From Sphingorhabdus sp. (GTDB taxonomy: Bacteria > Pseudomonadota > Alphaproteobacteria > Sphingomonadales > Sphingomonadaceae): a stretch of 64,000 nucleotides of DNA. Made by a program: the position numbers and the translations under genes. Shown in pieces: positions 29,258 to 37,997 of this stretch (position 1 is its first letter; the number at the start of each line of letters is the position of its first letter). The stretch covers positions 21,511-85,510 of the forward strand of contig NZ_JBEBKL010000005.1 in the NCBI RefSeq assembly GCF_040079335.1, given 5' to 3'. The notes beneath the pieces are model-generated. The model did not search any database and had not been told where the DNA came from. It saw nothing but the letters and a program-made list of their open reading frames with translations.

Positions 29258-30751
29258 ATGACAACCACCGCCTATATCGATGATGATATTGCCACCATTC
29301 GCCGAGACAATGGATCGACATGGGAGCTTTACTGGGGCGATCCGGTTGAGCGGATGCCAGCCGACGACAAGCCGGGCAAGCTGCGCGTTGCTACACGCGA
29401 CCGCGAGGGCAATCTGGTGCTTGGCTGGTTGTCGGACAAGGTGAAGCTGGAAGCGACCTCGAAAGTGCTCACTTTCTCGATGATCGACGTCCAGCAGGGC
29501 GACGGGATGATCCTTGAAACGCCGAAGGGCAAGGTGGTGATGATCGATGGCGGCGACAACAAGCTTTTCGCTCGCCACGCCGCTGCCCGCTACCCAGCGA
29601 CAACTGCTTCGCGCCCGCAAGTGGTCGAGGCGATTATCGTCACCCACGGTGACGCCGACCATTTCGAAGGGCTATCCGAACTGAAAAAAAGCGAAAGCGA
29701 CCGCAGGCCGGGCAAGGCGATTTTCGTCAAGCCCAAGCGGATATACCATAATGGCATCGTCAAACGCCCGGGCAAAAAGCCTGATGACAGCGAGCGCAGC
29801 GAAACCGAGATGTTCGGCAGCACGGTGGATGACAATGGCACTACCTATGCCAACGATCTGGTCGACGATCCGCGCAGCGTGTCTGCAGCAGATCGCAATG
29901 CGCCATTTAATGAATGGTGCGATACGCTTGACCATTGGGAGGCGCGATCGGGTGGCCAAATGGCGGTCAGCCGCGTCGATCATCGTAGCGATCCCTCGCA
30001 GCTTTTTGATTTCCTCCACGCCGAAGGGATAAAGGTCGAGATATTCGGACCGATTGTTGAGACTGTGCATGGCGGGCCCGCATTGCCCTTTTTGCGCAAG
30101 CCGCCCGATGATGCGCGGCTGATGCTGGGGGTCAAACCGTCGGCCAAAAAGCCGGGCTATTCCGCCTCACACACCATCAACGGCCATTCGATCAACCTGC
30201 GTTTGACCTATGGCAATGTGCGCCTTTTGCTCACCGGCGACATGAACCAGGAATCGATGGCGCGGGTCAACAATGCGTTGAACAATCCCGATTTCGAATG
30301 CGAGATATTGAAAGCGCCACATCACGGTTCGGCCGATTTCGATATGCAGTTTCTGCGCGATGCCAGCCCGGTGGTTTCGCTGATCTCTTCCGGTGATGAA
30401 AGCGTCGCAAAGGAATATATCCACCCCCGCGCCACATTGATGTCGGCGCTGGGCAAGGCTTCGCGCGATCCCGGGCCCGGCATCATTTTCAACACCGAAC
30501 TTGCTGCCTTTTTTGCTTATCGTGGCTGGAGTATCGATCAGGAAATTACGGTCAAGCAAGAGGCCGGCTATGAAGGATTTGAACGGCTGAATTTCGGCAT
30601 CATCCACATCCGCACCGATGGAGAACGGGTGCTGGCATTCACCCACAGCGGAAAGGCGGGGATGAACGAAGCCTATCGCTTCACCGTCGATGCGCAGCAC
30701 CAGATCGCCTTTGCCGCGAAGGTAACGAAGCAAAGCACACCAAAGCTTTAA
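29258..30751 (+). CDS. ComEC/Rec2-like metallo-beta-lactamase-fold hydrolase, soluble
   Basis: IDVQQGD, MIDGG, THGDADH, LLTGD, KAPHHGS; no TM segment or signal peptide seen. Confidence 0.85.
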   Translation: MTTTAYIDDDIATIRRDNGSTWELYWGDPVERMPADDKPGKLRVATRDREGNLVLGWLSDKVKLEATSKVLTFSMIDVQQGDGMILETPKGKVVMIDGGDNKLFARHAAARYPATTASRPQVVEAIIVTHGDADHFEGLSELKKSESDRRPGKAIFVKPKRIYHNGIVKRPGKKPDDSERSETEMFGSTVDDNGTTYANDLVDDPRSVSAADRNAPFNEWCDTLDHWEARSGGQMAVSRVDHRSDPSQLFDFLHAEGIKVEIFGPIVETVHGGPALPFLRKPPDDARLMLGVKPSAKKPGYSASHTINGHSINLRLTYGNVRLLLTGDMNQESMARVNNALNNPDFECEILKAPHHGSADFDMQFLRDASPVVSLISSGDESVAKEYIHPRATLMSALGKASRDPGPGIIFNTELAAFFAYRGWSIDQEITVKQEAGYEGFERLNFGIIHIRTDGERVLAFTHSGKAGMNEAYRFTVDAQHQIAFAAKVTKQSTPKL

Positions 30752-30770
30752 GGCAAATCTCGATTGCGCC

Positions 30771-30799
30771 CGTCGAACGGCGTCGACAACTCGTCGAAC
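30771..30799 (+). promoter_or_regulatory. Direct repeats CGTCGAAC with 21-bp period, candidate LytTR-type site
   Basis: CGTCGAAC at 30771 and 30792, with CGTCGACA at 30781. Confidence 0.45.
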
Positions 30800-30861
30800 A
30801 GACTTGGCAAGAATGCTTTACACCTCTACCGTGTTGCCAACGCAATACAGAGGGGTCAGCT

Positions 30862-31737
30862 ATGCTCGAAATTACCGGTGTCAGCCATGTCTATGCAAAC
30901 GGAACGCGCGCTCTCGACAATGTGAATCTGTCGATCCCGCGTGGCATGTATGGCCTGCTTGGCCCCAATGGCGCGGGCAAATCGACGCTGATGCGCACCA
31001 TCGCGACATTGCAGACGCCCACCGACGGTGCGATCAAATTTGGCGACCTCGACATTCTTGCCCAACCAGAGGAGCTGCGCAAAAAGCTCGGTTATCTGCC
31101 GCAGGATTTCGGCGTCTATCCGCGCGTCACCGCGATGGACATGCTCGACCATATGGCGGTGCTCAAGGGCATCGCCGACAAGGGTGAACGAAAGGCGGTG
31201 GTCGAAACCCTCCTCAACCAGACCAATTTGTGGAACCATCGCAGCCACTTCATCGCCGGTTTCTCGGGCGGCATGCGCCAACGCTTTGGCATCGCGCAGG
31301 CGTTGATCGGCAATCCCGAATTGATCATCGTTGACGAACCCACCGCAGGCCTCGACCCTGAAGAACGCAACCGCTTCCTCAACCTGCTGGCGGGGATCAG
31401 CGACAATGTCGTCATCATTCTTTCAACGCACATCGTCGACGATGTCGCCGACCTGTGCCCGCGCATGGCGGTGCTGGCAGGCGGCAAGGTGCAGCTTGAA
31501 GGCGCGCCTTTGGACCTGATTCAGCAAACCAAGGGCCGCATCTGGAAAAAGACCATCGGCCGCGACGAGCTTGAGGCGCATCAGGAACAATATCAGGTGA
31601 TTTCGACCCGGCTGTTCGCCGGACGCACGATCATCCACATCCTTGCCGACAGCAAGCCTGCGGGTTTTGACGATGTCGAAGCGGGGCTGGAAGATGTCTA
31701 TTTCACCACGCTCGCCGATTTGCGCCGCGCAGCATAA
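30862..31737 (+). CDS. ABC transporter ATP-binding protein
   Basis: Walker A GPNGAGKS, signature FSGGM, Walker B IVDEP, H-loop STH. Confidence 0.95.
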   Translation: MLEITGVSHVYANGTRALDNVNLSIPRGMYGLLGPNGAGKSTLMRTIATLQTPTDGAIKFGDLDILAQPEELRKKLGYLPQDFGVYPRVTAMDMLDHMAVLKGIADKGERKAVVETLLNQTNLWNHRSHFIAGFSGGMRQRFGIAQALIGNPELIIVDEPTAGLDPEERNRFLNLLAGISDNVVIILSTHIVDDVADLCPRMAVLAGGKVQLEGAPLDLIQQTKGRIWKKTIGRDELEAHQEQYQVISTRLFAGRTIIHILADSKPAGFDDVEAGLEDVYFTTLADLRRAA

Positions 31738-31749
31738 GGGGGACCGACA

Positions 31750-34700
31750 ATGCTCCTGAACGTCGCTCGGTTTGAGCTCAAATATCAGCTGCGCAATCCC
31801 GTTTTTTGGGTTTCGCTGTTTCTCTTTTTCCTTCTTGGCTTTGGCGTGACTGCCAGCGAGAATGTCAGCATGGGCACGCCGGGAACGGTGCATGAAAATG
31901 CGCCTTTCGCGATCGCCTCTATGATCGCGCTGTCGTCGTTATTCTATCTTTTCGTCATCACTTCTTTTGTCGCCAACGCCGTCGTGCGCGATGATACGAC
32001 TGGCTATGGACCGATCATCAAGGCAACCTCAATCGGCAAACGCAACTATGTGCTTGGCCGGTTCATGGGCGGGCTTGGTGTCGCCTTGCTCGGTTTTTTT
32101 GCCGTACCAGTCGGGATGCTCGTCGGTGTTTCGATGCCGTGGGTCGACCCCGAAACGGTCGGGCCAAACAATCCGGCCTATTATCTCTGGCCCTATCTCA
32201 TCCTCGCCGTACCCAATATCCTGCTGATGAGCAGCCTGTTGTTCGGCTTCGCCACGATCACCCGTTCGATGTTGTGGAGTTATATTGGCGTCGTCATCTT
32301 TTTCATGGGCTATCTGATCACTACCACGCTGCTCGCCAGCAAGATCGAATATCAGCAGATTATGGCGATGGTAGAACCGCTGGGATTTGGCGCGCTGTCC
32401 GAATCGACACGCTATTGGACAGCAGCGGATATGAACGCAAAGCTGCTGCCGCTCGACAGCAACATGTTGATCAACCGCGCTTTGGTAATCGGGCTGTCGG
32501 CAATTTTGCTGATTGCGACTTATTGGCGTTTTTCGATGGCCGAGCGCGCACCATCCAAGCGCATGCTGAAGAAGTTGGCCCGCGATCGCTCGACTGAAAG
32601 CGCGCCGGTCAGCACAAGCCGGATCGCGGTCGTGGCCGCTACGCAGCGGTTCGATGCAGGATCTGTGCGCGCGCAGTTCATGACCCGACTGAAGACCGAA
32701 ATCATGCAGGTGTTGCGCAGCCCCGGCCTGATCGTGCTTTTGCTGCTCGCCGTGATCAACACCGGCGCGGGTCTGTTTTTGACACAGACATTGTTCGGGA
32801 CGCCGTCGCACCCTCTCACCGCGAACATCATCACCAATGTTCAACAGGGCTTTGCGATTTTCCTCCTGATTATCGCCGTCTTTTATGGTGGCGAGCTCGT
32901 CTGGCGCGAACGTGATGTGAAGATTGGCGAGATCATCGATTCGACGCCGACTCCCAATTGGGCGATCACGCTGCCCAAGGTGCTGGCGATCCTGCTTGTC
33001 CTCATGCTGCTCAACGGCGTCGCGATGGCCACCGGATTGCTCTATCAGATGATCAAGGGGGCACCTGCATTCGGGCTTTCCAGCTATTTCGCATGGTTCC
33101 TCGTTCCGATGACGGTCGACATGCTGCTGATTGCCATATTGGCGGTATTTTTTCAGGCACTCAGTCCCAACAAATATGTGGGCTGGGGGCTGTTTCTGGT
33201 GTGGTTCATTGCCGGAATTTTTCTCGTCAATATGGGCTACACCAACGCGCTCTACCGCTATGGATCGAACCCCGCCGAGCCGCTGAGCGACATGAACGGC
33301 AGTGGCGGATTTGCATATGGCGCGTGGGTGCTGCGTGCTTATTGGATGGCCTTTGCGGTTATCCTGATGGTCGTTGCCCACATCGTCTGGCCGCGCGGCA
33401 CCGATACGCGTTGGCGCAGCCGGTTGCAGCGCATCCGCCACGGCCTGCGCGGCGCACCGCTTGCACTGATCGCAGCGGCGTTGGTCGCGATGGTCGGAAC
33501 GGGGGCCTATGCCTGGTACAATTTCAAAATACTCAACCGCTTTGAAACCAGCGACGAAATCGAAAAGCTGACCGCGGACTATGAGAAACGCTATCTGAAA
33601 TATGAAAAGCTGCCGCGTCCAGTCGTCACCGCAGTCAAGTTCGACGCGCAGATCTTTCCAAAGCAAAAGCGGCTGGCCGTCACGGGCCAGTATAAGCTGC
33701 GCAACGATACCGGCGCGCCGATTTCCGAAGTGCATATCCGCCAGGGAAGCCGCGACACGAAATTTGGCGAGCTCGAAATCAAGGGCGCAAAGCTTGCGCG
33801 TTATGACGAGAAATATCGCTATCGGTTCTACCGGTTCGATACGCCGCTGGCACCGGGCGCGGAAACCGAGCTGAATTTCCAATCCGAAATCTGGCATCGC
33901 GGCTTCCGCAATGGCTTGCCCGAAACCAGCGTCAATCTGAACGGCACATTCGTCAACAATTTCGAATTCGCGCCGATAATCGGCATGAACCGGCAGAGCG
34001 CGCTGCAGGACAGAACCGTGCGGCGGCGGCAGGGCCTGCCTGCTGAGTTGCGCCCGGCAAAGCTGGAGGACATGTCGGCGACGCGCGAAAATTATGTGCG
34101 CACCGATTGGGTGATGTCGGATATCACCGTCACCACCGATGCCGATCAGGTGCCCATCGCTCCGGGCCGCAAGGTGACGGATGCGACCAAAGACGGACGC
34201 CGCACCGCGCATTTCGTTTCGAGCGCACCGATCCACAATTTCCTGTCGATCCAGTCGGCGCGGTACAAGCTGACGAGCAAGAACTATAAGGGCGTTGAAC
34301 TGACGATCTTCCACGATCCGCGCCACGAATGGAATGTGCCCGCAATGCTCAAGGCGCTGGAGGAGGGGCTCGATTATTATCAGGCGAATTTCGGGCCCTA
34401 TCAGTTCGATCACGCCCGCATCATCGAGTTTCCGGGCTATCAGGTGTTTGCGCAGGCCTTTGCCGGCACCATGCCCTATTCGGAGAATATCGGTTTTGCG
34501 GCAGATGTGACCGATCCGGAGTCGATCGACTATGTCACTTATGTCACTGCACACGAACTGGGCCACCAATATTGGGCGCACCAGGTTATCGGCGCTGATA
34601 TGCAGGGCAATACGATCACCAGCGAAACGCTGGCGCAATATTCGGCGCTGATGGTGATGAAAAAAATCTACGGCCCAGACAAGATCCGCCGCTTCCTGAA

Positions 34701-35343
34701 ATATGAGCTCGACCTGTATCTGGCCGGGCGCAAGGGCGATCCGATTGGCGAACAACCGCTCTACCGGGTCGAAAATCAGGATTATGTCCATTACCGCAAA
34801 GGCAGTCTGGTCATGTATCTGCTGCAGGAACGGCTGGGCGAGGATGCGGTCAACCGTGCGCTCGCCCGCTTCATCCAGACCTGGAAGTTCAAGGGCGCGC
34901 CTTATCATCGCTCGGTCGATCTGATCGCCGAATTCCGCAAGGAGGCGAAGACGCCCGAAGATCAAGCGCTGATTACCGACCTGTTCGAGCGGATCACCGT
35001 TTACGACTTCAAGGCAAAGGAAGCGAAGGCGAAGAAATTGGCCAATGGCCTGTGGCAGACGACAATCTCGGTTGAGGCGGCCAAATATTATGCCGATGCC
35101 AAGGGGAATGAGAAAGATGCTCCGCTTTCCGAACCGATCGAAGTCGGGCTATTCAACGCCCGCCCCGGCGTAGGCGCATTTGGCAAGAAAGATGTGGTGT
35201 CGATCGAGCGCAAGCCGGTGAAGGGCGGCAAGCAGAAGATTGTTATGACGTCGAAAACCAAGCCTAAATTTGCCGGTATCGATCCGTATAATTTCTACAT
35301 CGACCGCAATTCGGACGACAATGTTATCGATGTGACCGGCTAG
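31750..35343 (+). CDS. ABC-2-type permease fused to an M1-family zinc aminopeptidase
   Basis: Two multi-TM permease halves followed by a soluble domain with HELGH...SETLAQY and YVHYRKG. Confidence 0.88.
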   Translation: MLLNVARFELKYQLRNPVFWVSLFLFFLLGFGVTASENVSMGTPGTVHENAPFAIASMIALSSLFYLFVITSFVANAVVRDDTTGYGPIIKATSIGKRNYVLGRFMGGLGVALLGFFAVPVGMLVGVSMPWVDPETVGPNNPAYYLWPYLILAVPNILLMSSLLFGFATITRSMLWSYIGVVIFFMGYLITTTLLASKIEYQQIMAMVEPLGFGALSESTRYWTAADMNAKLLPLDSNMLINRALVIGLSAILLIATYWRFSMAERAPSKRMLKKLARDRSTESAPVSTSRIAVVAATQRFDAGSVRAQFMTRLKTEIMQVLRSPGLIVLLLLAVINTGAGLFLTQTLFGTPSHPLTANIITNVQQGFAIFLLIIAVFYGGELVWRERDVKIGEIIDSTPTPNWAITLPKVLAILLVLMLLNGVAMATGLLYQMIKGAPAFGLSSYFAWFLVPMTVDMLLIAILAVFFQALSPNKYVGWGLFLVWFIAGIFLVNMGYTNALYRYGSNPAEPLSDMNGSGGFAYGAWVLRAYWMAFAVILMVVAHIVWPRGTDTRWRSRLQRIRHGLRGAPLALIAAALVAMVGTGAYAWYNFKILNRFETSDEIEKLTADYEKRYLKYEKLPRPVVTAVKFDAQIFPKQKRLAVTGQYKLRNDTGAPISEVHIRQGSRDTKFGELEIKGAKLARYDEKYRYRFYRFDTPLAPGAETELNFQSEIWHRGFRNGLPETSVNLNGTFVNNFEFAPIIGMNRQSALQDRTVRRRQGLPAELRPAKLEDMSATRENYVRTDWVMSDITVTTDADQVPIAPGRKVTDATKDGRRTAHFVSSAPIHNFLSIQSARYKLTSKNYKGVELTIFHDPRHEWNVPAMLKALEEGLDYYQANFGPYQFDHARIIEFPGYQVFAQAFAGTMPYSENIGFAADVTDPESIDYVTYVTAHELGHQYWAHQVIGADMQGNTITSETLAQYSALMVMKKIYGPDKIRRFLKYELDLYLAGRKGDPIGEQPLYRVENQDYVHYRKGSLVMYLLQERLGEDAVNRALARFIQTWKFKGAPYHRSVDLIAEFRKEAKTPEDQALITDLFERITVYDFKAKEAKAKKLANGLWQTTISVEAAKYYADAKGNEKDAPLSEPIEVGLFNARPGVGAFGKKDVVSIERKPVKGGKQKIVMTSKTKPKFAGIDPYNFYIDRNSDDNVIDVTG

Positions 35344-35732
35344 GCTGAGGCCGGGGGTGCCGCCAATATGGCGAAGCTCCCGGTCGCCAGCGCGACCAGC
35401 TTTCCACCCTGTTCGATACGCGAGGTGAGGTGCGCGATGCTGCGGCCCTTATTGTCGATCTGCGTCGCGCAAAGGATTTCACCGCTGGCTACGGGGCGAA
35501 AATAGCTGATCTTGATTTCGATCGTCGCGCAGGCCTGGCCGGTTTCCAGCGACGGGTAGAGCGCAGCACCCATGCCGGTATCGGCCATCGCATAGATCAC
35601 CGCACCATGCACCACGCCGTGCGGGTTCATATGCTTATGTTCGACAACCAGCGTAGCCGTGCTGCCGCCCTTGCCATCAGGGGCGACGGCAAGATCGATC
35701 AGGTCGGCAAAGGGATGTGGGCGACTGGCCAT
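35340..35732 (-). CDS. PaaI-family hotdog thioesterase
   Basis: NPHGVVHGAVIYAMAD, TIEIKISYFRP. Confidence 0.9.
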   Translation of the reverse strand: MASRPHPFADLIDLAVAPDGKGGSTATLVVEHKHMNPHGVVHGAVIYAMADTGMGAALYPSLETGQACATIEIKISYFRPVASGEILCATQIDNKGRSIAHLTSRIEQGGKLVALATGSFAILAAPPASA

Positions 35733-35744
35733 GCGCCCCTGCGA

Positions 35745-36395
35745 TCAGCGGACGCGCGGGCCGCCAAAGGGCATCGGCGGGGGCGGGCGGCGAACGCCGC
35801 GCGGCAATTGCGCCTGATAGGCACGGCCGCAATGTTCGACGCAATAGGGGAAACCGGGGTTCACCGCGACGCCGCAGAAATGGAAGTCCGGTTCGCCGGG
35901 ATGGCCCATCGGCCAGCGACAAACGCGCTCGTTCAGATCGAGCAGACTGGTCTTGTCGGCAATTTCGGGGCTCGGCTTGGCCGGAACCAGACGGCGCGGC
36001 GGGGCAGGGGGAATGGGCGCCTGCTGGTCGCCGGGGCCCTGGCGCATGAAGCCGCCGGGGCCGATCGAGACGATCTTGGGCATATCCGTGCGCGGTTGCG
36101 CGACGCTGGGTGTCGAATAAGCAGGAATGACGCGTTCGGTCGAGCCTGAAGTCGGCGCGGATGCGCGCGGAGCAGCGGCTTTTTCGACCGGCTTTGCCTT
36201 AGGCTTGGGCGCGGGCTTGACTTCGCCATCATTGGCCTTCACCGGCGACGGGCGCGATTTGAGGCCAAGGCGGTGCGCCTTGCCGATCACGGCATTGCGG
36301 CTGACGCCACCCAGCTCGTCAGCAATCTGGCTGGCGGTCAGGCCCTTTTCCCACATGGTTTTCAGGCGGTCGATCCGTTCGTCGGTCCAGGACAT
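35745..36395 (-). CDS. gcrA: Cell-cycle regulator GcrA
   Basis: MSWTDERI..W..G.TASQIA..LGGVSRNAVIGKAHRLGL; CRWPMGHP..FHFCG..YC.EH. Confidence 0.95.
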   Translation of the reverse strand: MSWTDERIDRLKTMWEKGLTASQIADELGGVSRNAVIGKAHRLGLKSRPSPVKANDGEVKPAPKPKAKPVEKAAAPRASAPTSGSTERVIPAYSTPSVAQPRTDMPKIVSIGPGGFMRQGPGDQQAPIPPAPPRRLVPAKPSPEIADKTSLLDLNERVCRWPMGHPGEPDFHFCGVAVNPGFPYCVEHCGRAYQAQLPRGVRRPPPPMPFGGPRVR

Positions 36396-36500
36396 CGAAA
36401 ACTCCAAACATTCTGCCAAGCAGCGTGAAAGCGGCGCTTGTTGCAATTAGATATAAAAGCGCCTTGCCGCGCAAGGGGCAAGCCGATAGTCGATTGTGCG

Positions 36501-37361
36501 ATGACTATCCAGAACAATTCAATCGACCCTGTCCCATCTAGTGCGACACCGGCCGAAATTCAACCCGAACCGTCGGTGCGCCTGATCCGCACAGTCAACT
36601 GGATCGGCCTGAAAACGCTGTATCTGAAAGAAGTGCGCCGCTTCATGAAGGTGCAGTTGCAGACGATCTGGGCACCTGCGATCACGACGCTGCTTTACCT
36701 GATCATATTCACTGTTGCGCTGGGCGGGGTGAAGCCTTCGGTGCTGGGCGTGCCCTTTGCCGATTTTATCGCGCCGGGGCTGATCATCATGGGGATGATG
36801 CAAAACAGTTTTGCAAACAGCAGCTTCTCGTTGCTGGTCGGCAAGATTCAGGGGACGATTGTCGACTATCTGATGCCGCCACTGTCGAACCTTGAATTGC
36901 TGATCGCGATGGTTGGCGCAGCAGTCACCCGCGCCATTCTCGTGGGCTTTGCAGTCTGGCTGGCGATGGCGCTTTGGCCGGGAGTGGGCGTTACGCCAGC
37001 GCATTATGGGGCGGTCATCTGGTTCGGCCTGATGGGGTCAACTTTGCTGGCGCTCATAGGCGTGATCACTTCGATCTGGGCCGAAAAATTCGACCATGCA
37101 GCCGCCATCGGCAATTTCGTGGTGGCACCGGCGGCCTTGCTTTCAGGCACTTTCTATTCGGTCGACAAGCTGTCTCCGGCATTTCAGGCGGTAAGCCACG
37201 CCAACCCGTTTTTCTATGCGATTTCTGGCTTCCGCTATGGCTTTATCGGCAATGCGGACAGCCCCGTGCTGTTCGGCGGATTGTTGCTGCTCGGCATCAA
37301 TCTGACTTTGGGCATTATCGCTTATGCGCTGCTCCGCTCGGGCTGGAAGCTGCGGAGCTAG
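36501..37361 (+). CDS. ABC-2-type transporter permease (YadH-like)
   Basis: KEVRRF, FIAPGLIIM, LSGTFYS, NPFFY..GFRYGF. Confidence 0.9.
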   Translation: MTIQNNSIDPVPSSATPAEIQPEPSVRLIRTVNWIGLKTLYLKEVRRFMKVQLQTIWAPAITTLLYLIIFTVALGGVKPSVLGVPFADFIAPGLIIMGMMQNSFANSSFSLLVGKIQGTIVDYLMPPLSNLELLIAMVGAAVTRAILVGFAVWLAMALWPGVGVTPAHYGAVIWFGLMGSTLLALIGVITSIWAEKFDHAAAIGNFVVAPAALLSGTFYSVDKLSPAFQAVSHANPFFYAISGFRYGFIGNADSPVLFGGLLLLGINLTLGIIAYALLRSGWKLRS

Positions 37362-37364
37362 GCC

Positions 37365-37997
37365 ATGTCCGACATCATCCTCTTCGATTATTGGCGCTCG
37401 TCCGCCAGCTATCGTGTTCGTATAGCGCTGAACCTGAAGGGCGTGGCCTACACATCAGTGCCCACCGACCTGCTCGACGCCTCGCACAAAAAGCCGGACT
37501 ATGTCGCGCGCAACCCGCAGGGCTTTGTCCCGATGCTGTCGATCGACGGGCATGATCTGACACAGAGCCTGGCGATTATCGACTATCTGGATGCCAACTA
37601 TCCCGATCCGCCGATGGTCTCCTCCGATCCGGCAGAGCGCGCAAAGACGCTGGCGCAGGCGCTGGTGATCGCAGCCGACATTCACCCGCTCAACAATCTG
37701 CGCGTGCTCGGCCGGTTGAAATCGCAATTCGGCGCCGATGATGTGGCGGTGACGGAATGGTATCGGCATTGGATCGTCGAAGGTTTTACCGCGCTGGAGG
37801 CAATGGCCCCCGAAACCGGCCTGTTCGGCGGCGTGCAACCCAACCTAGCCGATGTCTGCCTCGTGCCGCAGATGGCCAATGCCCGCCGGTTTGAAACGCC
37901 GTTGGAGGCTTTTCCGAAACTGGTGCGGATCGATGCCGCGCTGCGCGAGATGGAGGCTTTTGCCAAGGCGGCACCGGAGGCGGTGAAGCCGGAATGA
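37365..37997 (+). CDS. maiA: Maleylacetoacetate isomerase (GST zeta class)
   Basis: YWRSSASYRVRIALNLK, NPQGFVP, DIHPLNNLRV, ADVCLVPQ. Confidence 0.93.
   Translation: MSDIILFDYWRSSASYRVRIALNLKGVAYTSVPTDLLDASHKKPDYVARNPQGFVPMLSIDGHDLTQSLAIIDYLDANYPDPPMVSSDPAERAKTLAQALVIAADIHPLNNLRVLGRLKSQFGADDVAVTEWYRHWIVEGFTALEAMAPETGLFGGVQPNLADVCLVPQMANARRFETPLEAFPKLVRIDAALREMEAFAKAAPEAVKPE

Noticed and set aside
29126-29662. N-terminal extensions in the ORF track for parE (also dinB, LysM-FecR, HxlR-like, serine hydrolase, cpaC, gcrA)
   Set aside because: They lack family similarity and mostly overlap neighbouring genes; downstream ATGs match the expected N-termini.
32029-34965. 978-aa antisense ORF, and similar long shadow ORFs such as 3719-5335, 20384-21664 and 56485-57960
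   Set aside because: They lie opposite well-supported genes, have no recognisable motifs, and are expected from GC-rich codon bias.
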